Shown: piece after piece, positions 52,111 to 64,000 of the stretch
Layout of the letters: every line of letters starts with the position of its first letter
Numbering within the stretch: the first letter of the stretch is position 1
Assembly: GCF_018350175.1 (NCBI RefSeq)
Contig: NC_058368.1
Coordinates: 181,414,001-181,478,000 of the forward strand
DNA: 64,000 nucleotides
Direction: 5' to 3'
DNA from: Felis catus
Lineage: Eukaryota
Position numbers and translations under genes: made by a program
The notes under the pieces: model-generated
Told to the model about the DNA's origin: nothing
The model's database searches: none
The model's input: only the letters and a program-made list of their open reading frames with translations

Positions 52111-53491
52111 TGGCACAAAAAAAGACACTCAGATAAATGGAACAGAATAGAGAACCCAGAAGTGGACCCACAAACGTATGGCCAACTAATCTTTGACAAA
52201 GCAGGAAAGAATATCCAATGGAATAAAGACAGTCTCTTCATCAAGTGGTGCTGGGAAAACTGGACAGCAACATGCAGAAAAATGAACCTGGATCACTTTC
52301 TTACATCGTACACAAAAATAAACTCAAAATGGATGGGTGAAACACATAAATGTAAGACAGGAAGCCATCAGAATCCTTGAGGAGAAAGCAGGCAAAAATC
52401 TCTTTGATCTTGGCCGCAGCAACTTCTTACTCAACACATCTCCAGAGGCAAGGGAAACAAAAGCAAAAATGAACTACTGGGACCACATGGAAATAAAAAG
52501 CTTCTGCACAGCGAAGGATACAATCAGCAAAACTAAAAGGCAACCAATGGAATGGAAGAAGATATTTGAAAACGACATATCAGATAAAGAGTAGGTATCC
52601 AAAATCTACAAAGAACTTATCAAACTCAACACACAAAAAACAAATAATCCAGTGAAGAAATGGGCAAAAGACATAGACAGACACCTCTCCAAAGAAGACA
52701 TCCAGATGGCCAACTGACACATGAAAAAATGTTCAACATCACTCATTATCAGGGAAATACAAATCAAAACCACAATGAGATACCACCTTACACCTGTCAG
52801 AATGGCTACCATTAACAACTCGGGCAACGAAAGATGTTGGCAAGGATGTAGAGAAAGAGGATCTCTTTTGCACTGCTGGTGGGAATACAAACTGGTGCAG
52901 CCACTCTGGAAAACAGTATGGAGGTTCCTGAAAAAATTAAAAACAGAACTACCCTACGACCCAGCAATTGCACTACTAGGTATTTATCCAAGGGATAGAG
53001 GTATGCTGTTTCAAAGGGGCACATGCACCCCAATGTTTATAGCAGCACTATTAATAATACCAAAGTATGGAAAGAGCCCAAATGTCCATCGATGGATGAA
53101 TGGATAAAGAAGATGTGGTATATACACAATGGAGTATTACTCGGTAACCAAAAAGAATGAAATCTTGCCAGTTGCAACTATGTGGATGGAACTAGAGGGT
53201 ATTATCCTAAGTGAAATTAGTCAGAGAAAGACAAATATTATATGACCTCACTCATATGAAGACTTTAAGACACAGCACAGATCAGCACAAGGGGAGGGAA
53301 GCAAAAATAATATAAAAACAGGGAGGGGAACAAAACATAAGAGACTCTTAAATAGGGAGAACAAGCAGAGGGTTATTAGAGGGATTGTGGGAGGGGGGAT
53401 GGACATAAAAGAATCTACTCCTAAAGTCATTGTTATACTATATGCTAACTAACTTGGATGTAAATTAAAAAATTAAAATAAAATTAAAAAA
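52111..53491 (+). mobile_element. 5'-truncated feliform L1 nested in the L1MD
   Basis: ORF2 C-terminal peptides ([48 protein letters not shown]...CWQGC...HCWW). TSD agaagaattcccca (52097-52110) / agaaaaatccccca (53492-53505). Confidence 0.88.
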
Positions 53492-54278
53492 AGAAAAATC
53501 CCCCAAAACATTATCAATCAACAGGGTCTACTCAACATTTATGGAATATTCCTCTCAACAACAGCAGAGTATATATCCTTTTAAGTGTCTCTGGAATATG
53601 TATCAAGAGAGAACACAGCCTGGGCCATAAACAAAAATTAAAAATTTTAAGAGAATTGAAATCATACAGAGTATGTTCTCTTAGCATAATGGAATCAAAC
53701 CTGAATCAATAATAAAAAGAAGAAAATCTCCAAACACTTGAAAGCTAAAAAACACTTTCCTAAATAATTCATGGGTGAAAGAAGGATTTCAAGTGAGATC
53801 AAAACATACATTAAAGTGGAGGAAAATTAAAATATAACATATCAAAACTTGTGAGAAACTGCACAAGCAGCGCTGAGAGGGAAATTACAGAACTAAACAC
53901 ATCCACTGGAAAACAAGGAAATCCTCAAATCAATAATCTAAGCTTCCATGTCGAGAATCTAAAGAAGAAAAAAATAGACCCAAAATAAGGAGATAATAAA
54001 AAGCCACATTCAATGGAATTGAAAACACAAAAACAATACAGAAAAGCAATGAAACAGGTTTGATCATTGAAAAAATCAATAAAATTGGCAAGCTTCTTGC
54101 AAGACTGACAAAGAAGACACAAATTACCAATATTATGAATGAAACGGGAGATCACTGGAGACCCTGATGACATGAACAAGATTCTTAAAGAATACCACAA
54201 AGAAATCTACAAAAATTAATTTCACAACTAAGATGAAATGGACCAACTCCTCAAATAACTAAGTATCCCAACTCACCC

Positions 54279-54589
54279 AATATGAAATACATCATTTGAA
54301 TAACCTTATAACTAGTAAAGATATTTAATTGTATGTATATTATGTGTATAAATATATATATATGGTATACTATATACACCATAAAAAAACAGGGTTTATT
54401 CTGGGGATGCAAGGATGGCTCAGTATTTTAAAAACAATAAATGCAATCCACTGTATAAACGTATTTCATAAAATATGAAATACATCATTTGAATAACCTT
54501 GTAACTAGTAAAGATATTTAATTATATGGTATATTATGCGTGTGTGTATATATATATGGTATATATATATACATGTGGTATATACGGTG

Positions 54590-54630
<41 letters not shown>

Positions 54631-54724
54631 ATAATATATATATATACCATAACAAAACAGGGTTTATTCTGGGGATGCAAGGATGGCTCAGTATTTTAAA
54701 ACAAATGCAATCCACCGTATAAAC
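54279..54724. repeat. ~190-bp tandem duplication within the L1MD, second copy with expanded (TA)/(TG) microsatellite
   Basis: aatatgaaatacatcatttgaataacctt...cagggtttattctggggatgcaaggatggctcagtattttaaaa...aatgcaatccac.gtataaac present twice. Confidence 0.9.
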
Positions 54725-55524
54725 AGGCTAAAGAAGAAAAATCACACAATAATATCAGTTAACGTAGAAAAAGCATAGGGCAAAAATCCATATCTACTAA
54801 TGATAAAAACTCTCAGAAAAACAGGAATAGAAAAACTTCTTCAAGTTGACAGAGTTAACAACAAAAAACCTACAGATAATGTTACACTTAATGGTGAAAA
54901 ACTAAAGTCTTTCCCCTAGGAATGAGAACAAGGAAAGAATGTCTGCTCTTATCATGTATTCAAAATAGTGCTGGAACTTCTAGCCAGTGCAATAACATAG
55001 GAAAGAGAAATAAAAGGCATATAGAGCAGACAGAAGGTATATAACTGTCCCTGTTTATAGATGGCATGGTTGCCTATGAAGAAAATCCTAAGAAAACTCC
55101 TAAAATAAATTAATTCAGTGAGATAATAGGATATAAGATAAACATACAAAAAAAAATCAATTGCATTTCAGTTTACTAGCAATGAACACACAGGTACCAG
55201 AATGTAAAATATGATACTATTTACCATCTTTTTTTAAAAAAGAGAGAAATCCTTAGATGTAAGTCTAACAACACATATATAGAAATTAAAGGGTGAAAAC
55301 AGCACAACAGTGATGAAAGAAATTAAAGATCTAAATAAATGGACAAACATATTATGTTTATGGATTGGAAGAATCAACATAGTAAAAAAAACAAAAACAA
55401 AAACAAAAATAAAAAAACAATTTTCCCCAAATTGACATACAAACTGAATGTAATTCCTATCAACTCCCAGAAAAAAATTTTGTAGATAGAGACAAGATTA
55501 TTCTAAAGTTTATATAGAAAGGAT

Positions 55525-55738
55525 GGGGCGCCTGGGTGGCGCAGTCGGTTAAGCATCCGACTTCAGCCAGGTCACGATCTCGCGGTCCGTGAGTTTGAGC
55601 CCCGCGTCAGGCTCTGGGCTGATGGGTCGGAGCCTGGAGCCTGTTTCCGATTCTGTGTCTCCCTCTCTCTCTGCCCCTCCCCCGTTCATGCTCTGTCTCT
55701 CTCTGTCCCAAAAATAAATAAACGTTGAAAAAAAAAAA
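55525..55738 (+). mobile_element. Young SINEC_Fc-type Can-SINE
   Basis: ggggcgcctgggtggcgcagtcggttaagcatccgacttcagccaggtcacgatctcgcggtccgtgag with CpGs intact. TSD agaaagga. Confidence 0.95.
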
Positions 55739-56105
55739 AGAAAGGAAGAAGAACTAGAATGACTAAAAGTTTTGTTTTTTGTTTTTTTGTTTTTTAATAA
55801 GAAGAAAGTAGGAGGAATCAGTCTACCCAATTTTAAAACTTCCATAGCTACAGTAATCAATTCTGTGCGACACTGGCAGAGGGACAAGCACATAAATTAA
55901 AGAGAACACCATAGAGAACCTTGATACAGACCCACCAATAATACACTCAATTGATTCTTTTTTTTAAATGCAAAAGCAATTCAACAGACATAAGATAACG
56001 TTTTCAATAAATGGTGCTGAAATAGTCGGACATCAATAAGCAAACCCAAAAACAAACAAAAGAGCCTTGACTTATTTTCCTACTTTCAACAAAGATTAAC
56101 TCAAA

Positions 56106-56293
56106 GGGGCACCTGGATGGCTCACTCTGTTAAGTGTCTGACTCAGGTCATGATCCACTCAGGTCATGATCCAGCCCCATGTCAAGCTGCATGCTGGGCG
56201 TGGAGCCTGCTTGAAATTCTCTCACTCCTTCTCCCTCTGCCCCTCCCTCACTTGCTCTCTAAAAATAAATAAATTAATTAATCAATTAATAAA
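56106..56293 (+). mobile_element. Can-SINE with internal 16-bp duplication/deletion
   Basis: actcaggtcatgatcc x2 (56141-56172). TSD aactcaaa at 56098-56105 / 56294-56301. Confidence 0.85.
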
Positions 56294-56904
56294 AACTCAA
56301 AATGGATCTAGTTACTTAGATATAAAGCATAAAACTCTTAGGAAAGGCTTAGAAAAAAACTATAAAACTTTGGAAGTAGAAAGGAGGAAATCTTTAGACT
56401 TGACACCAAATGCATTATCTATGAAATGAAAAATTAATAAATTGAACTTTATCAAAATGAAACACTTGCTCTGAAAAAGATTCTGTTAAGAGTATTAAAA
56501 GACAATCTACAGACTAAGAGAACCTACATACAAATCATAAAACTGGTAAGAGGTTAAGTACTGAGAATACGTATGTATTTCTCAAAACTAAACTGTAAAA
56601 AATCCAGACAATCCAATTAGAAAATAGGCAAAAGACAAGAAGCAACATTTCACCAAATAGGACAAATGATAAATAAACACATAAAAGGTGTTCATCATCA
56701 TTAGACATTAGAGAAATGCAAGTTAAAGCCACAATGAGATATTACTACAGCCTTGTCAGAATGGCTAAACATTTCTTTCAAATATAAAGTAAATAAAAAT
56801 AGTGACAACACAAAGTACTGACAAGGATATAGAAAAACTGGATCTTCATGCACTGCTGCCCTAATGTAAAATGGCACAGCCACTTTGGAAAACAATTTAG
56901 CTAT

Positions 56905-57339
56905 TTGTTTATTCTCCTATGTGTGTGCACACCACATCTTCATCCATTCACCTACTGATGGACATTTAGTTTGCTTCCTTATCTTGGCTACTGTATATAA
57001 TGCTGTGATAAGCAAGGGGGTGCCTAGGTCTTTTGGAATTAATGTTTTCATTTTGGTGAAGAGATAAACAACTAGAAATGGAACTGATGGATTGTGTGAT
57101 AGTTCTATTTTTAACTTTTGAGGAACCTCCATATTGCTTTTTGTAGTGGACACACCAATACAATGGTGAATAAGGGTTCCCTTTTCCCCACATCCTTGCC
57201 AACACTTGTTACTTCTTGTCTTTTTGATAACAGTCATTCTGACCAGTGTGAGATGATATGTGATCATGGTTTTGATTTTTCTCTGATCGTTAGTGATGAT
57301 GAGTATTTTTTCATGTGGCTACATGTCTTATTTGGAAAA
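56905..57339 (-). mobile_element. Antisense L1 ORF2 C-terminal fragment without 3'UTR or polyA
   Basis: Minus-strand ORF ...YHLTLVRMTVIKKTRSNKCWQGCGEKGTLIHHC...KCPSVGEWMKMW. Confidence 0.85.
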
Positions 57340-57724
57340 GTACAGTTTTTAAGAAATACTGAATGTGCAATTGCTATAAAACCCAGCAATTGTCCTGCTG
57401 GGCATTTATCACAGAGAAATAAAAATTTGTGTTCACATAAAAACTTGTCCACAAATTTTTATGGAATAATGTTTATTCTTGATAGTCCCAAACTAGAAGC
57501 GACCCAGATGCCTTTCAATGGGAGACTGGTTAAACAAACTCTGGTATATCCATGATATGAAATCTTTCTCTGCAATAAAAAGGAATGAACTCTTGATATA
57601 CATAAAAATGAGGGTGAATCTCCAGAGAGTAATGCTGAGTGAAAAAGCCAATCCCAAAGGTTATATACTATATGCTCCATTTATATAACATCCTTGAAAT
57701 GACAACATTATAGAAATGAGAAGA

Positions 57725-57946
57725 GGGGCGCCTGGGTGGCTCCATTGGTTGGACGACCAACTTCAGCTCAGGTCATGATCTCACGGTTCGTGAGTTCGAG
57801 CGCCGCGTCAGGCTCTGTGCTGACAGCTTGGAGCCTGCAGCCTGCGTCAGATTCTGTGTCTCCCTCTCTCTCTACCCCTCCCCTGCTCGCTCTGCGTCTC
57901 TCTGTCTCTCAATAATTAATAAACATTTAAAAAAATTTAAAAAAAA
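57725..57946 (+). mobile_element. Can-SINE (SINEC_Fc-like)
   Basis: Perfect TSD agaaatgagaaga at 57712-57724 / 57947-57959. Confidence 0.95.
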
Positions 57947-60900
57947 AGAAATGAGAAGAGATCAATGGTCTTCAGGGTTAAAGAGGGTGCGAGGGTGTGA
58001 GAGAAGTGGGTGTGGCTATAAACAGATAATAGGAGGAATCCTCTGGTGATGGAAATGTTCTGCGTCTTGGCCTGCCTTAACGGAGTCAATATCCTGGTTG
58101 TGATATGGTACTACAATTTGGCAAGATGTTGCTAGTGTTGGAAATGGACTAAAAGGTATTAGGGGATGTCTCTGTAACACTTCTTGAAATTGCACATGAG
58201 TCTACAGTTGTATCAAACTAAAAAGCTTAATTTCTTAAATTTTAAACAGGCAATCGGGAAAACTTGGGCTCACACTCCATATCATGGAAACAAGTACCTA
58301 ATCTGTGAGATTACTCATTATTAGTATTATTAGTACTATTAGTATTATCATTTTACCACTCCTTTTGATTTTATCACCATTGTGCTTCACTTATTTGAAC
58401 CCCCCCCCCCCCACTCCTGGAAAATACAGGTTGTTATGTTCACAACTTTTAGTATAAAGAAACACTGTTGTAGCCACTAGTAAGGACCACAAAGAGCCAG
58501 TTACACTGTGAGACGAAGCATTTGCTGACATATATTTCTTCTTAACACAATTCTAAAGTAATAGAATATCGGTTTTAATCCAAATATGGCTATATATCCA
58601 TCCTTTATCTAATAAAATGCATGTATTTCCTACTGTGGACAAGCACTCTGCGCATAGCTGTCCTTGAAAGTGAAGGTCAACAATTCATGTGGGGGAATGC
58701 AAGTTTAGAGACTGATTTTAAAAAGTAATTAAAATTGCCTTGAAGCAGTAGGAAAGATGGTAACCAAAATTATAAATCTTTTCCCCAAGCCTCTGCTTTT
58801 TCCGGCACTGACAAATGGCAATCATTGGATGGCAATGCCTTTGCCAGCTCGTTACTGCTATGCTGAGGTTTTATTCCGTTACATTCCACATTTCCTCCCT
58901 CGAAGAGTGTTCACACTGCTTTTTTCATCAGTTGCCTAAGTGGGTTCCATCACTTTCGCAGAACAGACTACAGAGATCTTGCCTGCAAGCCTTTGTCTAA
59001 TTAACTAATCCTATGAGCTGTAACACAGTTCACTATTAACTTTTCAGATTATCCTACTACTTAAAGAGGTTGACTTGTTAATCACTGACAGACCATTTGA
59101 GATGTGTGAGTGTGGATGTTATTGTATTTGTGTGTGTACCTGTGTATGTATGTATGTATATGTGTGCATGAATGATGGATGCATAGGTGAATTTTAAGCA
59201 TGTCCAATGGAGAGCTACTGTGTCCCTGTTATAACTAATACTGTAGGCAGTTGATTAAACTTGCCTCACCCTCATCATCATTGGTCTTGGATCACACCCT
59301 GGGCATTGTTTCACTGTGCTTAAACATTTGTATCTCATGAAGTGACTGGAGACCTTTGAGAGGTGTGGTACCAGGAAATGTCTACATGATTTGGAACTCT
59401 GTCAATTCTGAATACAGATTAATGTGACCACCTTTCTTTCTCATTTCAAGTTATGATACATCATTGAATAAGTTTGTCTAGGAGGGAGTGGGGGAGTCAG
59501 TACATGAACATCAAATAGTCTTGTTTCCTAATTTGAGCTGGTGTCACAGGTATATTAGAAATCCAATAAAAAGTTTCATTATGTGAGCATGTTTGTACTT
59601 TAAAAATATATTTTTTAAAAGCCCAATCAGAAAGCTCCTGTAGAATGTCTTTCTTCCTTCCGATAATATGTTAATTGGACTGACTACTTGTTTCTTAAAT
59701 ATTGTAGGAGCCATGTTTCTATGTTTAAAAAGATATAATGGATAATGCATGATCCTTTTATCCTTAACTCCTTTGCCAGTTTTGCCTATTACCCAAAGCA
59801 GAAATGCTAAGTCAACGTAAAAACAGTGCATTCACAGATTACTTTCCTGTGTATTAGAACTCCTTTGTGAAAGTGGTTTATTTTAAAATCTTTAAGGCAC
59901 CAAATGCAATGTAATATAGAACCTCAAAGATAAAAGAGAGAGAGGCTGATACAGGGGAGGGAGTTAGAGACCTGCTCACTAACCCACACCACCACCCCCA
60001 AATAGAACTCCCATGGGCAGAATGTAAAAACCAGAGTGTGTACTCAAATATTTACAGTCTCTGCTCCTAGAAACATTTAAAAACAAGTCTGAACATAGGC
60101 ATACTCCAACAGTTCTAGAGACAGAATATCCCTGTGACCTCTGGGTAGACTACAGAATATCTGGTTTAAAATCTACAAAAGTAGAAGACAGTGCCCTAGT
60201 AATTTAATGCACTAGTAAATAAGAGGTCAAAAGCAATTTGCTTTGTGTTCCCCTGTGCTGTTATATTGATATGTCTGGGGATAAAAAGCCAACTCTGGTT
60301 AATGTCCAGAGCAAGAAAGGATAAGCAAATTCACAATTGTGTTTTGCTCTCTAGCTTCAGAGCTACATGTTGCTGCTTTTAGAATCTGTTGGGGTGTCTG
60401 AAATCATGTGCACAGGAGATGGTAAGAGAAGTACCAAGATTATCTTCTGTCTATGAATTTTATAAATTGTGAAATGCAAAGACATTGTGGGAGCCAGCAT
60501 ACCCCATGAACAAAAACCATAAAAGGGCAAAAACATACCCTTACAAGTCTAGAGATTTGCCATCATAGCACAAGCTCATGTGTTTATATTCTTATTTGAA
60601 TAGCAATGAAAAGTCAAAAATCTATGTCAGATTGGTATTTAGTCTAATTCCATGCCTTTTCCCCCTCTCCCCTCCAAACTGTTTAACATTCAAGAAAGTC
60701 AGCATGGTTATACCTCCTGCTAAAATTTCAATATGAAATGTGCAAGTTTAGTGAAGTCTTTGCCTCCTCAGCTCCACCTTCCCCACATGCAGACCCCTCT
60801 GCTCTCTTCCCATTTTCCTATGTGCCTCCTGAGATCAGAAGTCGAACAGATGGCTGTACCTTAGGCACTGGCTAAGTTACCGTAACCGGAAAGACAGTCC

Positions 60901-62032
60901 CTCCCCTCTACTCCTCCCTACCATGCAGAGCTCAGAAAGGCAGTAGAGCAGACACATGAGCCTGCAGACTCAAAACCTAATGAAGGAAAGAATTGAACAC
61001 ACTCTTCTCATCCCGTTGAGTGTGCTCTTCTCATGCATGAGACTGAAAGCAGCACCAGATAATCAGAGGGTGCAAAGGATGTTGGGCCGCAGGTTTCTAG
61101 GCAAAACACTGAAGTAAAAACATTGTCAACTCACGATCTTATTTAATGAATGCCTACAAAGTGTTAGGGATTGAGTTAGCTTCCTTATGTAAGTTAGCAA
61201 TAATTGCACAATCCTGCCATATAGATTTCCTTATGTGTGTTTTACAGGAGAAATGGGGACTCAGGAGGTTAAGTGACTTGCTGACTCCATTTATCTAATA
61301 AGTGTTCATGCTGAGATGGGGGCTGAGAGCTGTCTGACTCTGAGGCCTACCTTCATTAAAAAAATAATAACTCAGACAAAAGGGCAGTCTTGGGACATTC
61401 TGCCATGTCCCTTTTAGATATTGGATTTGTAGTTGTCTGAGAATGCAATGCAATTGTCTCATGAAAGTCACTAAGCACATCATAGTCCTGATGTAGTCAA
61501 TAAGGAAAACATCTGATCAACTGACCAGTATGTTCTTCTATACGATGAGCAATGGAAACAAAGGAGAGAGACATTACGGGAAATCTCATGACAAGCTGTA
61601 GGGGACAGACCTCAGTTTCCACATCTGGAAAATGAAAATAACATGGCTACTTGGAAGTGTTAATGTGAAAATGTCAAACTGGCACATGTGAATCCCCTAA
61701 TGAGAGATGCTCAGATTGTGACAGACTTCACCACTGTCACCATCATCCTTATCACTACCCTCGATCATCAATATTATCTAGCCACTAAAAATTATAGTAC
61801 CTGTTACTTAGTGATCCCCAAAGTACAAATTAAGTACTACTATTCCAAACAACATCTGTTAGGGTTAGTATCATAGCACTTTCTGAGGACAGACACATAG
61901 ATACTAATAATCCCATTTGGTAAGCAATCTTTGCTGCATGAAATAGTTTCACGAACATTGGAAATGTGAAACTAAGATGGTCTATTACTACCACCCATTC
62001 TTTAGCAAATCAATGCACTTTGCCCCATATTT

Positions 62033-62261
62033 AATTTTAAGTTTAATTTTAATTTTTAAAGGTTTATTTATTTTTGAGAGAGAGAGACAGAGACAGAGAC
62101 AGAGACAGAGCATGAGTGGGGGAGGGGCAGAGAGAGAGGGAGACAACAGAATGTGAAGCAGGCTCCAGGCTCTGTGCTGACAGGGCTTGAACTCAGGAAC
62201 GGTGAGATCATGACCTGAGGTGAAGTTGGATGCTCAACTGACTGAGCCACCCAGGCGCCCC
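62033..62261 (-). mobile_element. Can-SINE
   Basis: TSD tgccccatattt at 62021-62032 / 62262-62273. Confidence 0.95.
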
Positions 62262-63412
62262 TGCCCCATATTTTAAATAGACCACATTAAGTTCATCACC
62301 AAAATGATAATACATATAAGGGGAAAAGGACACACAAAGGACTAGTTGTTTATAATGAACTCATTAGCTGTCCAGAAAAGTAGATTCTGGTAACTGGGAA
62401 ATGTTGTCTGCAAGAACTAAATGTTGGACATAGAGATAGAGGCTCTGAGGAATTGGGTAAGTCTAAAGTATTCTGCCTAATAAAGAAAGATCCAGAAAGT
62501 TCTTAAGGGAGTACGTAAGTGCAGGAACTGGACGCAGAGAAATCTAGACATCATGTGAGGAAGGATGTAAAAGAGGCATATTCAGAGAGGGAGAGGAGGA
62601 TGCGATTCTCCCCTGGGGACTCTCAGAGTAGAATGCTGGGTAACATTAACCCTTTGTGCCCTATGCCCGCACCTAAAAAAAAGATTAGGGGGAGGGCATT
62701 CACAGCACAATCTATAATCACCATTTTTGTTATAAATTTGATTGTACATGTGTGTGAGGATGAAGTCAGTACTTTCTATTATTTTACTATTATGAAGAAG
62801 CAGATAGCATTCATTGAGGATTTACTTCAATTACATGGTATGAGAAATGAGGTAAGAAATCCAGAAAAGGATTATAACAAGAACAGTATTTTGGTCTGTA
62901 TCTGAGATGCTTACTCCTTGAGGGCAAGGACCTTGGCTCCTACCTGTAATCTATCTCCAGGAGCTGGCAGAGAACCACTGTCAAAGAACACTCAAAAAAG
63001 CTCTGTTAAAAATAGCTATGCATTTACATAGAGGCATCTGAATAAAAAAAATAGGATAAGTGTTTAAAAGGGCTTTGGCCATTTTGGTCTTTCTTAGTGT
63101 TTAAGTGTCCTTAACGTATTTTTCAAGTCTATTGTTAATTTGCATGATTTACATGAGAATTTTCATATGAATTTTGTGACATATTCCCTTCTGCTTCATC
63201 AAACAAATACAATGTAAGTGTTCTCTTTCAAGATAGCCTCTACTTCCTTAACTAGGAAACAAAATACAAATACTGCTTTGAAAATTTTAAAATAGTACTC
63301 AAAGAATAGGAACTAGCCCTATTATGCAGAGAAGTCAGAATCAATGGCCTACCTTTAAAACATTTTTTTCTGATTTGGAAAGTATGTGCAGAGTCCTAGC
63401 ATGACTCTATGT

Positions 63413-63624
63413 CAGGAGTCAACAAACATTTTCTGTAAAGATCAAAATAGTAAATTATTTTCCTCATCACAGGGTCTGTCACAACTAGTCACTACCACCG
63501 TAGCACAAAGGCAGCCTGAGAAAATTCTTACGTGAATAGGCATGTTTGTGTTCCAATAAAACTTTATTTCCAAAAAACCTAGAGAGCCTGATTTGACCTT
63601 CAGACCGCATTATGCCAACCCTTG
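63413..63624. mobile_element. MER58A-like hAT-Charlie MITE
   Basis: TIR-like ends caggagtcaacaaac...tatgccaacccttg. Internal tgtgttccaataaaactttattt. Confidence 0.8.
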
Positions 63625-64000
63625 CTAGGTAAACAGAGAGTAACCGAAAGAAAGAAGTCTGGAATCCTGGCCAATTATCAGCTTGAACCTAACCATGTTC
63701 ACCAAGGATGTCTCAGATGAGGAAGATTTCCTTACCAGAAACTTCCCAACAGTGTTGAAATAACAGAACAAGATATTCCTGGTGTGGCAGCAATACCCAC
63801 TCCAATATACCTAGAGAAAAGTGATTTTATTTAGGTTGCTGATTTGAAATTGATACAGCATCTTAGGCCACAAGCCAAAGCTGGGCATCTCTTGAGAAGA
63901 TAGTCTTGTAGTTAACTGCTCTCATGACAAAAGTCTGAAATTTGACCTTTTTGCATATGTGTTTAGATCTTGCTTGACTACTCTGGCCAATTATTATTTT

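Larger units (their letters stand above)
47375..58235 (+). mobile_element. Near full-length, decayed ancient L1 (L1MD-like) hosting nested insertions; antisense to TENM2
   Basis: L1MDa-like 5' end (aaaccctggatataatatataaaacaaatataagaag). ORF1-like region 48400-49260. ORF2 endonuclease- and RT-like remnants (gttggagatttcaac; gggtttattctggggatgcaaggatgg). L1MD-like 3' end (gtcaatatcctggttgtgatat...aaaaagcttaa). Confidence 0.75.

Noticed and set aside
52721..53107. 128-aa ORF with Cys/His motif as a novel or domesticated gene
   Set aside because: It is the L1 ORF2 C-terminus in a truncated copy, with upstream stops and frameshifts and an altered end.

Overview
AT-rich mammalian genomic DNA from a felid or close feliform carnivore, judged by the many Can-SINE/SINEC_Fc-type tRNA-derived SINEs. 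The window lies inside the very large teneurin-2 (TENM2) gene on the minus strand. It holds one exon: the first coding exon, 44400->44101, with 74 nt of 5'UTR and 226 coding nt ([11 protein letters not shown]...DEFPRQG). The rest is intron: 11 Can-SINEs, an ~11 kb old L1MD-like element with at least 7 nested younger insertions, and MER47, MER5A, MER58A, MLT1, MIR, L2 and CR1 relics, microsatellites and small tandem or templated duplications. Nearly all other ORFs in the track are spurious or repeat-derived. I see no convincing new gene system. The most interesting observations concern repeat and mutational mechanisms: two L1 insertions truncated at almost the same site, a tailless antisense L1 fragment next to its own homolog, a palindromic microsatellite with a mirrored interruption, and templated duplications. 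Repeat subfamily names come from recalled consensus sequences and need RepeatMasker/Dfam confirmation.
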